Shown here: positions 1-8,637 of the stretch, in pieces | How the letters are laid out: each line of letters opens with the position of its first letter | Position numbering within the stretch: position 1 is the first letter of the stretch | DNA from: Holophagaceae bacterium UBA1801 | GTDB taxonomy: Bacteria > Acidobacteriota > Holophagae > Holophagales > Holophagaceae | Length of the DNA stretch: 26,149 nt | Direction of reading: 5' to 3' | NCBI GenBank assembly: GCA_002319925.1 | Contig: DCFP01000094.1 | Coordinates: 13,839 to 39,987 of the forward strand | Made by a program: the position numbers and the translations under genes | Notes under the pieces: model-generated | What the model was told of the DNA's origin: nothing | Seen by the model: the letters and a program-made list of their open reading frames with translations, nothing else | Database searches by the model: none

Positions 1-3
1 TTC

Positions 4-2685
4 GTGCACCAGGATCAGCGGGTGGATCTGCAGATAGGCAAGCCGAATATCATCCTTCTGCCTGCCACACCCGCCGATCATTCCGCGACGGCCTTAGCGA
101 CCGCTCGAGTTTTGTTGCAGCTCCGCCCAGTGGCGGATGCCAGCGCGCTCGGTACGGTCCGCGTGGCCGGTGTCACCTTGCGTGCCAGCCTCGCTTGCGT
201 GCCCGGCCAGCCCGCGTCGGTCACGTACGACTGGAGCAAGACGACTCCGGCCGATGTCGTGCTGGCAGGTTCTCCTGACGATCCGGGCCTGCGCGCCCTG
301 ATCGCCCTGGTGATCGGGAAGATCCACGGGGTCAATCCAGTAAGCATCGCCAACAATGCGGCATTCCGTTTCCTGTTCGGCGGCGGCGGGAACCTGGTTT
401 CCGCTGGACTCAATCTTGGCGGGACGGGGCAGGGGACGTGGGACCAGTTGAATCTTGCCTTCCTGGGAGCGAAGGATTGGGCCCTGGCACTGGGGCGGGA
501 TTACTTCCTCGCCAAGGTCCGCGAAGGAATGCGGGCCCGCTGGCATAGCCTGCCGCCGCCCTACGGTCCGTCGCCGGTCCTGCTCTCCGACCAGGTGGTC
601 TGCACGGCGGACATCTTCGGCCAGTGCATTGATCACTCGCGCCAGCTCGTCTACCTGGATCGTTTCGAGATTTCCCTCTGCCCTGGTTCCATCCTGTTCA
701 GTGGAACGGCACGGGCCGTGACGGAGGCCTGGTACGTTCCCGATGTGAGCGCCGATTTCTCGTTCACCTGCACCGTGAGCCTGGACACGAATCAGCAGCT
801 GGTGCTCACCATGGGCACCTCCCACATCGACTTCAACGAGTGGTACGCGCAGGTCTTCGATTGGCTCAGCTTCGGGGCCCTGCAGGATGTGGTGAAGAAG
901 GCCTTCCAGGAAGCCCTCCTTTCGGATCAATCCCAGCGTGAACTTTCGGGTCTGTTTTCTTCCAGTGTCATCGGTCAACTCGCAGCGATCGGCAAATCGG
1001 TGGATGTGACCACGACGCCGAAGGCCGATGGTGTGGCGGTTCTGGCCGATGCCGTCATCTTTTCTGGGTCCGTTTCGGTGGCTGATACTTCGCGATCTCC
1101 CGTCGCTGATCTGGTCGTGCTCCGCCGCGAAGGGGATCCCGATGTGCGTGTCTTCCTGGCGGGGGGCTCCTGGGCGCCCGGTGGGGACCTGATCGAGGTG
1201 GATTGGGATTTCGGCGATGGCACCACTCTCATTCAGCAGCATGATGATGTGCGGCTGGAGGTCGAACACCACTACCAGCCAGGCGAGTTCATGGCCAAGC
1301 TGCGTGCCGTGGACCGCACGGGCCGCACCTTTTCATGCAGCACCCTGGTCCGCGTCGGGCTCATGAGCATGACGTGTCCCTCGACGATCTTCGAGCGGAC
1401 CCAGTCACCGATTCCGATGGCATTCAACCTCGCGGAGGATGGCAACCCATTGGAAGGAGTCACAGTCACCCTTTCAGGCGGTAACTGGCAGACCTCGGGA
1501 ACGACCGGCCAGAACGGCGCGGTTTCACTCCTCGTCGATCCAGCCCGTTTCGTGCCCTTGGCGCAGCCCTACGCCAACAATGGCTGGTGGGTGACCCACA
1601 GCCTCACGACCACGGCCGTTAAAACCGGGTATCGCTCAGAAACCCTGACTCTGTTCCTCGCCGATCGGATGCTGCAGCTGCGGGGCGATTCGCTGATCGG
1701 TTCCGCCAAGGCCGCGAGTCTCAGCATCGAGGTCTACCAGGGGGATGCGCCGGTGGCGGGAGCTACGGTCGTGGTCACGGGAAAGGACAACTGGCAGACC
1801 CAGGCCTCGACGCCCGCCAACGGTTGGGTGCAGTGCGCCGTCGGCAGCGAACACTTCATTCCATTCAACGGGACCACGTCCATCGGCAATGGCTGTTACG
1901 CCTCGGCGTACGTGCTCGTGGATGCCAGCAAAGCGGGCTATCATCCCGCAGCGCAGAAGACCGTCTACATCGGCTTCGCACTGCCGGACAACCCCGTGTA
2001 CCAGGCCATACGCGAGAGATTCGAGAAATGGTGGCTCTGGTCCCTGGAGCTGAGCACCGCCATCGATCGCGGTGATCCCTTCGATTCAAGGGTGGTCAGC
2101 GCCTTGCCGGATGTGCTGGTTTCCGTCTCCGCCTTCAGGGACGCCCTGGTTTGGGAAGCGGATCCTTCCGCGCTGCCCGTGCTCTCGCTGGGCGAGATGC
2201 TCGGTGTCACGAGCGAAGTCGAGGGTGGCCTCGTGGGACGCATCGAATCCCTGGGCAGGATGCTGGAAAAGCAGCTCGTCCCCGTGAAGGAGGCGGCGGG
2301 TAAGCTGCGTCCACACGCCGAAATCCATCGAACAGCAGGACGGATCCGACCGATTGCGATGAAGGAGTCTTGGCCGGCACCGGCCATCGCCACCCGCTGG
2401 AGAGAGCGGAGCGATCGGCTGCTGGCCACCGCTGAGGTCACGGCCCGGCTTCGGCCATCGGCCGCAAACCTGCCTGACCGCTGCCGCGGACTCCTCGGTC
2501 TGTTCGCCAAGATATCCGCGCTCGAGCGGCTGCCCTCGCGCTTCCTGCCGATCGCAGAACTCCTGGGGATGGCGCGCCATATCTCCAGCGAGTCGCCGGC
2601 AAACCGGGTCGAGGAACTGCTCGTGATCGCCCAGAAGAATATTGATGCCCTCTCCGCGAATGAGAAACAGCAGATCCGGCGCTAG
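4..2685 (+). CDS. Large secreted or surface protein, 5' partial (runs off the window edge), with a PKD-like motif and repeated beta-sandwich (CarbopepD_reg-like) modules
   Basis: The ORF is open to the window start. It carries a PKD-type motif, VDWDFGDGTT. Two ~80-aa repeats share a TV.V..G.NWQT pattern: VTVTLSGGNWQTSGTTGQNGAVSL and ATVVVTGKDNWQTQASTPANGWVQ. G/C is favoured at codon third positions on the + strand. The antisense ORF 94..1272 has no motifs and is treated as a high-GC artefact. The Arg-rich C-terminal ~130 aa is atypical, so a frameshift cannot be excluded. Confidence 0.6.
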   Translation: MHQDQRVDLQIGKPNIILLPATPADHSATALATARVLLQLRPVADASALGTVRVAGVTLRASLACVPGQPASVTYDWSKTTPADVVLAGSPDDPGLRALIALVIGKIHGVNPVSIANNAAFRFLFGGGGNLVSAGLNLGGTGQGTWDQLNLAFLGAKDWALALGRDYFLAKVREGMRARWHSLPPPYGPSPVLLSDQVVCTADIFGQCIDHSRQLVYLDRFEISLCPGSILFSGTARAVTEAWYVPDVSADFSFTCTVSLDTNQQLVLTMGTSHIDFNEWYAQVFDWLSFGALQDVVKKAFQEALLSDQSQRELSGLFSSSVIGQLAAIGKSVDVTTTPKADGVAVLADAVIFSGSVSVADTSRSPVADLVVLRREGDPDVRVFLAGGSWAPGGDLIEVDWDFGDGTTLIQQHDDVRLEVEHHYQPGEFMAKLRAVDRTGRTFSCSTLVRVGLMSMTCPSTIFERTQSPIPMAFNLAEDGNPLEGVTVTLSGGNWQTSGTTGQNGAVSLLVDPARFVPLAQPYANNGWWVTHSLTTTAVKTGYRSETLTLFLADRMLQLRGDSLIGSAKAASLSIEVYQGDAPVAGATVVVTGKDNWQTQASTPANGWVQCAVGSEHFIPFNGTTSIGNGCYASAYVLVDASKAGYHPAAQKTVYIGFALPDNPVYQAIRERFEKWWLWSLELSTAIDRGDPFDSRVVSALPDVLVSVSAFRDALVWEADPSALPVLSLGEMLGVTSEVEGGLVGRIESLGRMLEKQLVPVKEAAGKLRPHAEIHRTAGRIRPIAMKESWPAPAIATRWRERSDRLLATAEVTARLRPSAANLPDRCRGLLGLFAKISALERLPSRFLPIAELLGMARHISSESPANRVEELLVIAQKNIDALSANEKQQIRR

Positions 2686-3616
2686 CTTCGGCCTCCCGCA
2701 AGGTCCTCGCGCCGGGGGGCGATTCCGCCTATCCATCTTCGGGTTATTCGCAGCCATTGAGTCCGTGGCGGTGCTTCTGTGTCTCTCGTTCTACCTGCAT
2801 TTGAAAGGCATCCACCCCAACGGACGCGCGCTCATCGGCTTCCTGTTGGTCGTTCCAATCGTCATCGTTGCTTCCCGGGGAGTCGGCCTCATTCGTCATT
2901 GGAAGGAGCTGCCCGGCCAGCGGGTGCAGCTCATCGCGAGGGTCGGGTTTCATTTCCATGGCGGCCTGATCGGCGGCATCGCCGCTGGCACTCTGGCTGC
3001 CTTGCTCATGGGCGTCGATGCCTTGGTCCTCTTCGACGGAGCTGCGTGGGGCCTCCTGCTCGGACAGAGCATCGGCCGACTCGGCTGCCTTCACAACGGG
3101 TGCTGTTATGGCAAACCGTCCAAGTCCCGATGGAGTATTGTGTACCGCGACTATCGCACTCGGGTCCTGCGAGTGCACCCCGAGTTGCACGGAATTAGAC
3201 TGCATCCAGCTCCACTCTACGATGCAATCCTGAGTCTGGCCGGCTTCATGGTGGCATCGATATGGGTGACGAGACCCATCGCGCCGGGAATCCTGGCGGG
3301 TGCGATTCTCACGTTTCTGGGCTGCAGCCGCGTGTTCCTGGAGGATTTCCGTTATGACATCCACGAAGGCGGCAAGCGCGATTGGACCACCGCGATCCTC
3401 GCTTGGATCTCAGTCGTCGCGGGAGGCTTGTTACTGACGAGTCGGCTGCTGCAGCAGGGACCATCCTTGCCCACCAGGCATCCGATGGGCCTTGATTCCT
3501 TCGCCAGCTCCGTGGCTGTCCACGCCAGTTGGTTGCTGCCTCTATGCACATTCACCTTTCTGACAGCCCTCCTTGCCTTTGGCGTCCGGCTGCGCCGGTC
3601 AATCCGCCGGGAATGA
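2642..3616 (+). CDS. lgt: Prolipoprotein diacylglyceryl transferase (Lgt) family membrane protein
   Basis: Multi-TM protein carrying the Lgt hallmarks in order: FHFHGGLIGG, then GRLGCLHNGCCYGKP (Gly-Arg-x-Gly...Asn-Gly motif), then LHPAPLYD (the HPxQLYE-like motif). The start is uncertain because 2642 overlaps the upstream ORF by 44 nt. An in-frame ATG at 2660 or GTG at 2762/2768 are alternatives. Confidence 0.65.
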   Translation: MMPSPRMRNSRSGASFGLPQGPRAGGRFRLSIFGLFAAIESVAVLLCLSFYLHLKGIHPNGRALIGFLLVVPIVIVASRGVGLIRHWKELPGQRVQLIARVGFHFHGGLIGGIAAGTLAALLMGVDALVLFDGAAWGLLLGQSIGRLGCLHNGCCYGKPSKSRWSIVYRDYRTRVLRVHPELHGIRLHPAPLYDAILSLAGFMVASIWVTRPIAPGILAGAILTFLGCSRVFLEDFRYDIHEGGKRDWTTAILAWISVVAGGLLLTSRLLQQGPSLPTRHPMGLDSFASSVAVHASWLLPLCTFTFLTALLAFGVRLRRSIRRE

Positions 3617-3764
3617 CCAGCCCTCACCCATTCGGCGGGCCTCTGCGACCGCTTGGCCTCTGGAAATCTCCGGACCGCCACCGGGTTCATACCGCCAGTC
3701 ATCGCGCAGTCGCGGAGCCCAGCAAGCGCGTCTAGAATGAAACCATCACGCACAAGGAGCCACC

Positions 3765-5816
3765 ATGCTCGCATGGATTTTCGACAATCCTGGATCGGCA
3801 GTGATGCTGGCGATCGGGGCCATCGCATTTCTGATCCTGCTTTCCAAGACCTTCCGCTATATTCCGAACACGCGGGTGGGCATCGTCGAGAAGCTCTTCG
3901 CTCCCAAGAAGGGATCCGTGGAAAAAGGCTTCATCGCCCTGAACGGCGAGGCGGGCTTCCAGCCGGAAGTGCTGCGCGGTGGCTGGCATCTGCTTTGGCC
4001 CTTCGTCTATCGCATCCACCGCATGCCCCTGGTGACCATTCCCCAGGGCAAGATCGGCTATGTGTTCGCCCGTGATGGTCACGACCTTCCCCCCACGCAG
4101 ACCCTCGCTTGCAACGTGACCGCCAATGATTTCACCGATACCCGCGCCTTCCTTATGAATGGCGGCACCAAAGGCCCGCAGCGCATGATCCTGCGCGAAG
4201 GCACCTACGCCATCAACCTGGTGCAGTTCGTGATCCTCACCGAAGACCAAATGTACTACCTGCCCACGGATGCCTCTAACCTGGAGACCTTCCAGAAGAT
4301 GAGCGCCATCATCGCCGAACGCGGCGGCTGGCGGCCCATCATCATCCGCGGCACCGACGACGCCGTGGGCATCGCCACGGTCCATGACGGTCCCAGCCTG
4401 CCCTCGGGCGAGATCATCGCGCCCACCGTGGGCGAGGATCCAACCAAGGCGGATACCTACCACAACAATTTCCAGGACGCCGACAAGTTCCTGCGGGCCG
4501 GTGGTCTCCGGGGCCGCCAGTACCAGGTGCTGGTGGAAGGCACGTACTATATCAACCGCCTCTTCGCCACCGTCGAGCCCATTCCCAAGACCGTCGTGGA
4601 GGTGGGCACCGTGGGCGTCGTGGTGAGCTACACGGGCGAGAAGGGCACGGACATCAGCGGCGCCGACTATCGGCACGGCGAGTTGGTGGCCAGGGGCCAG
4701 CGCGGTGTCTGGAGTGAACCCTTACTCCCCGGCAAGTACGCCTTCAATACCTACGCCGGCAAGGTGGCCATGGTGCCCACCACCAACTTCATCCTGAAGT
4801 GGACCCGCGGCGAGGTCGGAAGCCACAAGTTCGACGAGAACCTCACCGAAGTGAGCCTCATCACCAAGGATGCCTTCGAGCCCAACCTGCCGCTTTCCGT
4901 GGTGGTTCACATCGACTACCGCAAAGCGCCCCTCGTCATCCAGCGCTTCGGCGATATCAAGAAGCTGGTGGAACAGACCCTGGATCCGATGGTGTCGGCC
5001 TACTTCAAGAACATCGGCCAGACCCGCACCCTCATCCAGCTCATCCAGGACCGCAGTGCCATCCAGCTGCAGTCGAGTCAGGAGATGAAGGAGAAGTTCG
5101 CCCTCTACAACCTGGAGCTGCAGGAAGTCCTCATCGGCACGCCCACCAGCGGCGCCCCCGGTGGACAGATCGAACAGATCCTCATCCAGCTCCGCAGCCG
5201 CCAGATCGCCAACGAGCAGGTGGAAACCTACGAGCGCCAGCAGAGCGCGGCCGTGAAGGAACGGGAACTGCGCGAAGCCGAAGCCCGCGCCAAGCAGCAG
5301 ACCCTGCTCACGGAATCGGAAATCAGCATTTCCGTGCAGAGCAACCAGGGCAAGGCCGATCTTGCCAAAGCCCAGCAGCAGGCCAGCCAGATCCAGACCC
5401 TCGCTTCCGCCGAGGCCGAGAAGGTGCGCCTCATGGGCGAAGGCGAGGCCAAGCGGATCAAGGTCATGGCCGAGGCCCAGGCCGAGCAGGCCGCCCGCGT
5501 GGGCGTGGCCCAGGCCCTCGCCATTGAAGAACAGGTCCGCGCCTACGGCGGTCCGCAGTTCCAGCTGGTGCAGCAGGTCATGAGCCGCTTCGCGGAAGCC
5601 GTGGAGAAATCCCAGGTGGACGTGGTGCCCAAGATCAACATGGCCAGTGGCGCCCAGGGCGGTGGCAACCTCATCGAGACCCTGCTGGGCGTGCTCATGA
5701 GCGAGCGCGTCGGCCAGATGGTGGGCGTGGCGCCCACCTCGCCCCGGGATCCCATGGCGGAACAGCTCCGCAATGACATCAAGAACAAGATCATGGGCAG
5801 CGGCCTCAAAAGCTGA
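3765..5816 (+). CDS. Flotillin-like SPFH/band-7 family protein (YqiK/FloT type)
   Basis: AAGGAG Shine-Dalgarno sequence 8 nt upstream of the ATG. An N-terminal TM helix is followed by an SPFH-like core. The C-terminal region is a long Ala/Glu/Gln coiled coil with EAEA repeats (REAEARAKQQ...ASAEAEKVRLMGEGEAKRIKVMAEAQAEQAARV), typical of the flotillin domain. A Rho-independent terminator follows. Confidence 0.7.
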   Translation: MLAWIFDNPGSAVMLAIGAIAFLILLSKTFRYIPNTRVGIVEKLFAPKKGSVEKGFIALNGEAGFQPEVLRGGWHLLWPFVYRIHRMPLVTIPQGKIGYVFARDGHDLPPTQTLACNVTANDFTDTRAFLMNGGTKGPQRMILREGTYAINLVQFVILTEDQMYYLPTDASNLETFQKMSAIIAERGGWRPIIIRGTDDAVGIATVHDGPSLPSGEIIAPTVGEDPTKADTYHNNFQDADKFLRAGGLRGRQYQVLVEGTYYINRLFATVEPIPKTVVEVGTVGVVVSYTGEKGTDISGADYRHGELVARGQRGVWSEPLLPGKYAFNTYAGKVAMVPTTNFILKWTRGEVGSHKFDENLTEVSLITKDAFEPNLPLSVVVHIDYRKAPLVIQRFGDIKKLVEQTLDPMVSAYFKNIGQTRTLIQLIQDRSAIQLQSSQEMKEKFALYNLELQEVLIGTPTSGAPGGQIEQILIQLRSRQIANEQVETYERQQSAAVKERELREAEARAKQQTLLTESEISISVQSNQGKADLAKAQQQASQIQTLASAEAEKVRLMGEGEAKRIKVMAEAQAEQAARVGVAQALAIEEQVRAYGGPQFQLVQQVMSRFAEAVEKSQVDVVPKINMASGAQGGGNLIETLLGVLMSERVGQMVGVAPTSPRDPMAEQLRNDIKNKIMGSGLKS

Positions 5817-5837
5817 GCGTCCCTGATTAGAATGAAA

Positions 5838-5867
5838 GCGCCGGAGTTGATCCGGCGCTTTTCCTTT
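5838..5867 (+). terminator. Rho-independent terminator of the flotillin gene
   Basis: Perfect 7-bp GC stem gcgccgg/ccggcgc around a 7-nt loop agttgat, followed by ttttccttt, 22 nt after the flotillin stop codon. Confidence 0.6.
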
Positions 5868-5879
5868 GCAGGCGTGAAG

Positions 5880-6347
5880 ATGACCGAATCCGCTGAAGCC
5901 CTTTGGCGCCGCTATCTCGAAAGCCTGGGTGAGAGTGAGGACACCACATCGAGGACGTACACCGCCTGGCATTTCTGCGACAACGAAAAGGACGCCGATG
6001 AATTGGCGGAACTCGTGTGTGCAGGCCAGAAACGGGCTACGGCCAGTGCCTTGTGGGTCTACGAGCGAGAAAAGCAGCCTCTCCCGCAGATGGGTGATCT
6101 CAGTGTGATCCTGGACTGGAAAGGCGAGGCACGTTGCATCATCCAGACGACGCGCATCGATATCCTCCCCTTCGATGAGGTCTCCACCGAGTTCGCCTGG
6201 ACGGAAGGAGAAGGGGACCGCTCATTGGCCCACTGGCGAGAAGGCCATCAGCGCTACTTCACGAGGGAACTGGAAGGCATAGGAATGGCCTTCGCTCAGC
6301 ACATACCGGTAGTTTGCGAGCGCTTCGAAGTCGTGCTCCTCGCTTGA
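5880..6347 (+). CDS. ASCH (PUA-like) domain protein
   Basis: YTAWHFCDNEKDADELAELVCAGQKRATASALW matches the ASCH-domain N-terminal signature. I chose the start at ATG 5880 (MTESAEALW) rather than 5832, because the 5832 start would place the flotillin terminator hairpin inside the coding region. Confidence 0.55.
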   Translation: MTESAEALWRRYLESLGESEDTTSRTYTAWHFCDNEKDADELAELVCAGQKRATASALWVYEREKQPLPQMGDLSVILDWKGEARCIIQTTRIDILPFDEVSTEFAWTEGEGDRSLAHWREGHQRYFTRELEGIGMAFAQHIPVVCERFEVVLLA

Positions 6348-6387
6348 TGCTGGACCGCGAATCCCGAATCAGGAAAAGCATCCCATT

Positions 6388-6410
6388 CGCACAAGTGCGG
6401 AGCACTTTTC
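6388..6410. terminator. Weak hairpin plus T-tract in the convergent gap between ASCH and ltaE
   Basis: Palindrome cgcacaagtgcg (4-bp stem, 4-nt loop) followed by gagcacTTTT on the + strand. The stem is short, so this is marginal. Confidence 0.2.
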
Positions 6411-6444
6411 GCATCTTTCGCGGTTCGAATTTCAGAACGCAGTC

Positions 6445-7497
6445 TCAGATCATCGGCCGATCGCCTTCCCAGGTGATCAGCATCCGTTCCACCAGGGGCT
6501 CCATGCGCGCTAGGGCCTCGTCCACATCCCTTTCCGTGAGATCCCGGTGCGTGATGAATCTGAGGGCACTGCCCACGGGAAGCACCCGCACGCCTGCATC
6601 TTCCAGGGATTGCCTGGCGAGGTTCGCATCCACCACGGGGGCGAGCACGATGTTCGTCTCAGGCAGTTCCACGTTGAGGCCGAAGCTGCGAAGGCCCTCC
6701 GCGAGGCGTTTCGCCTTATTGTGATCTTCGGAAATCCGTGGCAGGTAATCCAGTGCCACGAGGCCCGCTGCGGCGACCACACCGCCTTGGCGTACGCCTC
6801 CGCCCAGCATCTTGCGGGTTCTGCGGGCGGCCTGGATGAAGTCCTTCGAGCCCGCGAGCACGGAGCCCATGGGTGCGCCGAGGCCCTTGCTGAGGCAGAC
6901 ACTCACGGAATCCGCGCCGGAGGCGAGAGCGGGCAGCGACTCGTCGAGGGCGGCAGCTGCATGCCAGAGCCGCGCGCCGTCCAGATGCACCTTGAGGCCG
7001 CGCTCGTGGGCGATGTCCGTGAGCTCCCGTGTCTCCTGGGTCGACAGGCAGATGCCACCGGCAAAGTTGTGCGTGTTTTCCAGGCAGAGCAGGGATGTGC
7101 GCAGAACGTAATAGGGACCGGCGCTGCCGATGGCCTTCCAGAGCTGCAGGGGCGAGCAGATGCCCGGGCCCACGTCCCAGCTCAAAGCTTCGGGCATGCC
7201 GCCCGCGAGCCAGGCTCCCGTGCCGAGCTCAGCGCTGAGCACGTGAGCCTGGGCGGGCGCCAGGAACCGGTCTCCCCGCTGCAGGTGCAGCATCAGCGCG
7301 ATGAGGTTGGCCATGCAGCCCGTGGGTGTCCAGAGTCCCGCCTCTTTGCCCAGGAGCTCCGCCACCCGGCGTTCCAGGGCGTCCATGGTGGGATCACGTT
7401 CGAGCACATCGTCGCCGACGGTTGCGGCGGCCATGGCGGCACGCATTTCCGGGGAGGGTTTCGTGACGGTGTCGGATCGGAAATCGAGCTGTCGCAT
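6445..7497 (-). CDS. ltaE: Low-specificity L-threonine aldolase (beta-eliminating lyase family, PLP-dependent)
   Basis: N-terminal MRQLDFRSDTVTKP and the internal CLSKGLGAPMGS PLP-lysine region are both characteristic of threonine aldolases. The start is set at the ATG at 7497 (MRQLDF). The ORF extends in frame to 7566 with no sequence support. Confidence 0.75.
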   Translation of the reverse strand: MRQLDFRSDTVTKPSPEMRAAMAAATVGDDVLERDPTMDALERRVAELLGKEAGLWTPTGCMANLIALMLHLQRGDRFLAPAQAHVLSAELGTGAWLAGGMPEALSWDVGPGICSPLQLWKAIGSAGPYYVLRTSLLCLENTHNFAGGICLSTQETRELTDIAHERGLKVHLDGARLWHAAAALDESLPALASGADSVSVCLSKGLGAPMGSVLAGSKDFIQAARRTRKMLGGGVRQGGVVAAAGLVALDYLPRISEDHNKAKRLAEGLRSFGLNVELPETNIVLAPVVDANLARQSLEDAGVRVLPVGSALRFITHRDLTERDVDEALARMEPLVERMLITWEGDRPMI

Positions 7498-7562
7498 GGG
7501 GAGCCCCCGGAAACCCGGCCTGCATTGGGTGCTACATGGTACGCCCGCCCGCCATCGGCGCG

Positions 7563-8249
7563 TCAAATCAAAGACGGACCTCGCTTGGCTTGGGGCGGTT
7601 TCCGCTGATAGATCTCCAGCGGATCCGTCGGCTGGCCGGGAAAGGCGAAGGGAATGTAGTTGATGAAGAGGGAGAACAGTTCCGCCTGGGAGCTGATGTC
7701 CAGCTTTCGGTAGATGTTCTTGCAGTGAATCTTGATCGTGCCTTGCGTCGTGGAAAGACGTTCTGCTGTCATTCCGGCAGAGTAGCCCCGGAGCATGTAG
7801 AACAGCACTTGCCGCTCACGCTGGGTCAGGAGGGAGCTGGCGAAGTGTTCGATGGTGCTCTGAACCCTGCTGTGGTTGGGATCCACGGCTTCCTTTTGCG
7901 ACGTTGAAGTGGTCAGTTGATGGTGCTTGTCCGATGCGGAAAAGATCAACGGCAGCACCAGATGGAGGGCAGCGAGATCCTCTCGGCGGAAGGCCGGGTT
8001 CCGCGTCCCGCGCTCCAGGAAGAAGAGGAGAGCGGAGGAACTATCGAGCCTCCACATGATGTCGATCTCGTCCGAGAGCCCGATGCGGGAATAGAACTGG
8101 TAGTAGTAATCGCTTTCCGTGAAGTTGTCCGACGCCACTTCGCGCAGCCAGAACGCCCCGTTGGGGATGCCCTGCAGAAACATGTGGTAGAGCGGATCCA
8201 GCGCGTAGGGTCCCGTGAGGTAGTAGTCCCTGCTGGCGAATCTTCCCAT
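7563..8249 (-). CDS. LuxR-family transcriptional regulator (C-terminal HTH_LuxR; N-terminal ligand-binding-like domain)
   Basis: The C-terminal LTQRERQVLFYMLRGYSAGMTAERLSTTQGTIKIHCKNIYRKLDISSQAELF is a LuxR/GerE-type helix-turn-helix. The N-terminal ~150 aa is rich in Tyr/Phe/Ile. The gene's GC content (~55%) looks lower than its neighbours. Confidence 0.7.
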   Translation of the reverse strand: MGRFASRDYYLTGPYALDPLYHMFLQGIPNGAFWLREVASDNFTESDYYYQFYSRIGLSDEIDIMWRLDSSSALLFFLERGTRNPAFRREDLAALHLVLPLIFSASDKHHQLTTSTSQKEAVDPNHSRVQSTIEHFASSLLTQRERQVLFYMLRGYSAGMTAERLSTTQGTIKIHCKNIYRKLDISSQAELFSLFINYIPFAFPGQPTDPLEIYQRKPPQAKRGPSLI

Positions 8250-8532
8250 CGACTACTCCGACGGCTTCCGGCGGCTCCTCTCGAACCGGGGCTTTGTGCT
8301 GATCCAGGCCCAGCGCTTCCCCGTGGTGGGCAAGATCACCATGAACACTTTCATGGTGGTGGATGTGACGGGCCATCCCGAAATCAAGTTTGGCGACGAA
8401 GCGGTCCTCTTCGGCAAGCGGGGCAAGGAGGAGATCGGCGTGGACGAGTTCTCCAAGCATTCCGACTGCCCGAGTTGGGACGAAATGTACACCAGCATCG
8501 GCAATCAGAATCCCAAAGTGCTGGTCAACTGA
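8227..8532 (+). pseudogene. alr: Alanine racemase C-terminal fragment (5'-truncated remnant)
   Basis: The frame is open from the stop codon at 8224-8226. The translation DGFRRLLSNRGFVLIQAQRFPVVGKITMNTFMVVDVTGHPEIKFGDEAVLFGKRGKEEIGVDEFSKHSDCPSWDEMYTSIGNQNPKVLVN aligns with the Alr C-terminal beta-domain (E. coli DGYPRALSNKG.VLVNGQRVPIVGRVCMDMLMVDL...GD.V.L.G). The ~270-aa N-terminal TIM-barrel part is absent, and the fragment's 5' end overlaps the LuxR gene start. Confidence 0.6.
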
Positions 8533-8568
8533 GATCGTTTACCAAAGCGGAATGACACGTTTTTCTTT

Positions 8569-8637
8569 TATCCCCTTTATCCCTTCCATCCCTGTTAAAA
8601 AGCTCTAATAGATGGATTAACAGGGATGAAGGGGATA
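8569..8637. repeat. Long imperfect inverted repeat in an AT-rich intergenic region
   Basis: tatcccctttatcccttccatccctgttaa [18-nt loop] ttaacagggatgaaggggata. The core arms catccctgttaa/ttaacagggatg are a perfect 12 bp, extended imperfectly to ~25 bp. They sit in a ~240-bp stretch of ~42% GC between the alr remnant and the ABC transporter. Confidence 0.5.

Noticed and set aside
94-1272. 392-aa ORF antisense to the first gene. Similar long antisense ORFs sit at 3732-4676, 4722-5972, 8863-9486, 13593-14228, 16209-17066, 20880-22097, 22500-23930 and 24658-25839.
   Set aside because: All are low-complexity (Gly/Arg/His/Ala-rich) translations lacking motifs. They lie opposite genes that carry clear family signatures. 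Long antisense ORFs are expected in a ~65% GC genome because stop codons are AT-rich.
5832-5879. Upstream ATG (MKAPELIRRFSFAGVK...) as the start of the ASCH gene
   Set aside because: It would place the flotillin terminator hairpin (gcgccgg...ccggcgc TTTT) inside the coding region. The downstream ATG at 5880 gives an ASCH protein of normal length.
6411-6430. GGTTCGAAT, resembling a tRNA T-loop, in the ASCH/ltaE convergent gap
   Set aside because: No complementary T-stem, acceptor stem or anticodon arm can be drawn on either strand, so this is not a tRNA.
7917-8555. 212-aa + strand ORF across the LuxR gene and the alr remnant
   Set aside because: It is in a different frame from the racemase-like fragment, antisense to the LuxR gene over most of its length, and its translation is low-complexity.
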